The notes below the pieces were generated by a model that had not been told where the DNA came from, ran no database searches, and was given only the letters and a program-made list of their open reading frames with translations. Shown here piece by piece: positions 62,601-64,000 of a stretch of 64,000 nt of DNA. Source of the stretch: Sminthopsis crassicaudata. Its lineage: Eukaryota. Position numbers and translations under genes: made by a program. Location: positions 166,160,001 through 166,224,000 of the forward strand of contig NC_133622.1 in the NCBI RefSeq assembly GCF_048593235.1. Reading direction: 5' to 3'. How positions within the stretch are numbered: the first letter of the stretch is position 1; each line of letters begins with the position of its first letter.

Positions 62601-63529
62601 ACACTTGTTAGGGCAAGGTTGATGATATCATAAAGGGACTAGGGATTTAAGAATAGAAGGCAGTGTAGAGATGAACTCATTTATTAAGGCATCAAAAAGG
62701 GGGAACGGAGGAGAGCAAGGACATAATAGGGGTGATGGTCTAGGAAAAAACTAAGAAAGCATTGGGGAATCCCTAAATAACAGGATTTAGGGTTTCAAGT
62801 AAAGGGAGAGGTATTGGGATCAGACAAGAAAATTTCAGAGATCATGAATTTATTATCTTTCACTTCACTTTCTCCCTTTCTATTGACTGCTTCTCTATTG
62901 CCTATTAGTGATACATTTATGGGAGATGACAGAATCAAGGTATTGTTGTCTCTGGCCTCCAGAGGAAGTCTCAGGGGTAAAACTTGTGAGCTTTTGCCCT
63001 CACTGAGTTCTGTTAGGCAGTCAGCTGCCTTAGCCTCTACTTAAGTTTTGCATCAGCTTCAGTCTCAATGTAAGACTCCCCTCCAGGCTATGACTATTTT
63101 CTTCTAAATGGGAAGTAATGGTAGCCAAGCCCATGTTACTATGGTAAAAGACCTCCCTAAACTTCTGAAACAGAAGTTTGACCCCTTTAGTCTTAAGCTC
63201 AGACTGTTAGCAGGTATATGCAATCTGAAGGGCTTTTTTATATTTTCTTTTCTTGTTACATAAACAAAAATCCTTTTTCTTGTATTCTGAGCAGCCAAGA
63301 GGAAAAAGTGGAAAGAATAAGAGTTCTTAAAATGAAAAATTTCAGTCTTCTAAGTGTATATTTTTATCTGAGCTTGCCTCATTCTGGTCAATTGAGACAG
63401 ATAAGAAATAATGATCTCCTTCCCACATCCATCCCCTTTCATCATCTGCTGAAATTGATGGCACAGGAAACTAAAGAAAGGCTAACTTTTCATTCAGGTA
63501 TGACCTTATAGTGCAATTTTACAAGTTGT

Positions 63530-64000
63530 GAAATATCCCAGTAATTTTCTTTTCTCACCACCTAGCTACCCCCAAAATCCTTTTGAAAACAATATTGCTA
63601 TTATTGTATACAGCATTCTCTTGGGTCTGCTCATTTTGCTCTTCATTATTTCATGCAAGTCTTTCCATGTTTTTGTAAGGTCATTGAGCTCATTATTTCT
63701 TATAGTACAGTAATATTCCATCACAATAATATACCACAACTTATTCATTTCTCAACTTATAGGTATCCATGCAAATTTCAGTTCTTTGCTACTACAAGGA
63801 GAACTGCTATAAACTGTTTAGAACATATAAGTTCTTTTTTTTTCTCCCTGATCATCCTTGGAAATAGACCCATTCCTGGTATTGTTGGGTCAAAGGACAG
63901 AGGTAGTTTAGTAACTCTTGGGTTATAATTTCAGATTGCTCTCCAAAATGGATGGATTGGCTTACTAACAATGAATTATTTCCCAAATTTTTCCAAAATC
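63530..64000 (-). mobile_element. Old L1 fragment (ORF2 C-terminus / 3' UTR junction)
   Basis: Minus ORF MNKLWYIIVMEYYCTIRN..WKDLHEIM.SKMSR is typical of the L1 ORF2 end. Confidence 0.85.

Noticed and set aside
57700-64000. Amelotin (AMTN) or another SCPP gene expected upstream of AMBN
   Set aside because: No signal-peptide or SxE exons found; the region is L2, L1 and SINE relics, so AMTN presumably lies beyond the window

Overview
Eukaryotic, AT-rich and repeat-dense DNA, not prokaryotic. It is part of the SCPP enamel-matrix gene cluster of a marsupial. An Australian, probably dasyuromorph, species is my inference from the WSINE1/MAR1-like SINEs, RTE relic, L1 3' UTR style and an extra ENAM exon. 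Two genes lie on the minus strand. (1) Ameloblastin AMBN is complete (about 40.5-57.6 kb): exon 1 plus ten coding exons, all phase 0 with GT-AG ends, giving about 405 aa from the exon-2 Met with no stops or frameshifts. (2) Enamelin ENAM is present as its 5' part (about 13.85 kb down to 384): exon 1 plus seven coding exons (206 codons), and its last two exons must lie beyond coordinate 1. The ~27 kb intergenic region and the AMBN upstream region are mostly L1, L2, RTE and SINE relics, with one 265-N gap. I found no evidence of a new multi-gene system. Most notable: a 217-bp direct repeat pair bracketing AMBN exon 6; an ~80-bp-period core-plus-(AAT)n array and AT-rich block in AMBN intron 6 whose edges are copied elsewhere; a 3-codon extension of AMBN exon 2; AAG where the eutherian AMBN exon-1 ATG sits; and the marsupial/sauropsid-type extra ENAM exon. 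Gene and repeat identities rest on remembered homologues and manual reading, not database searches.
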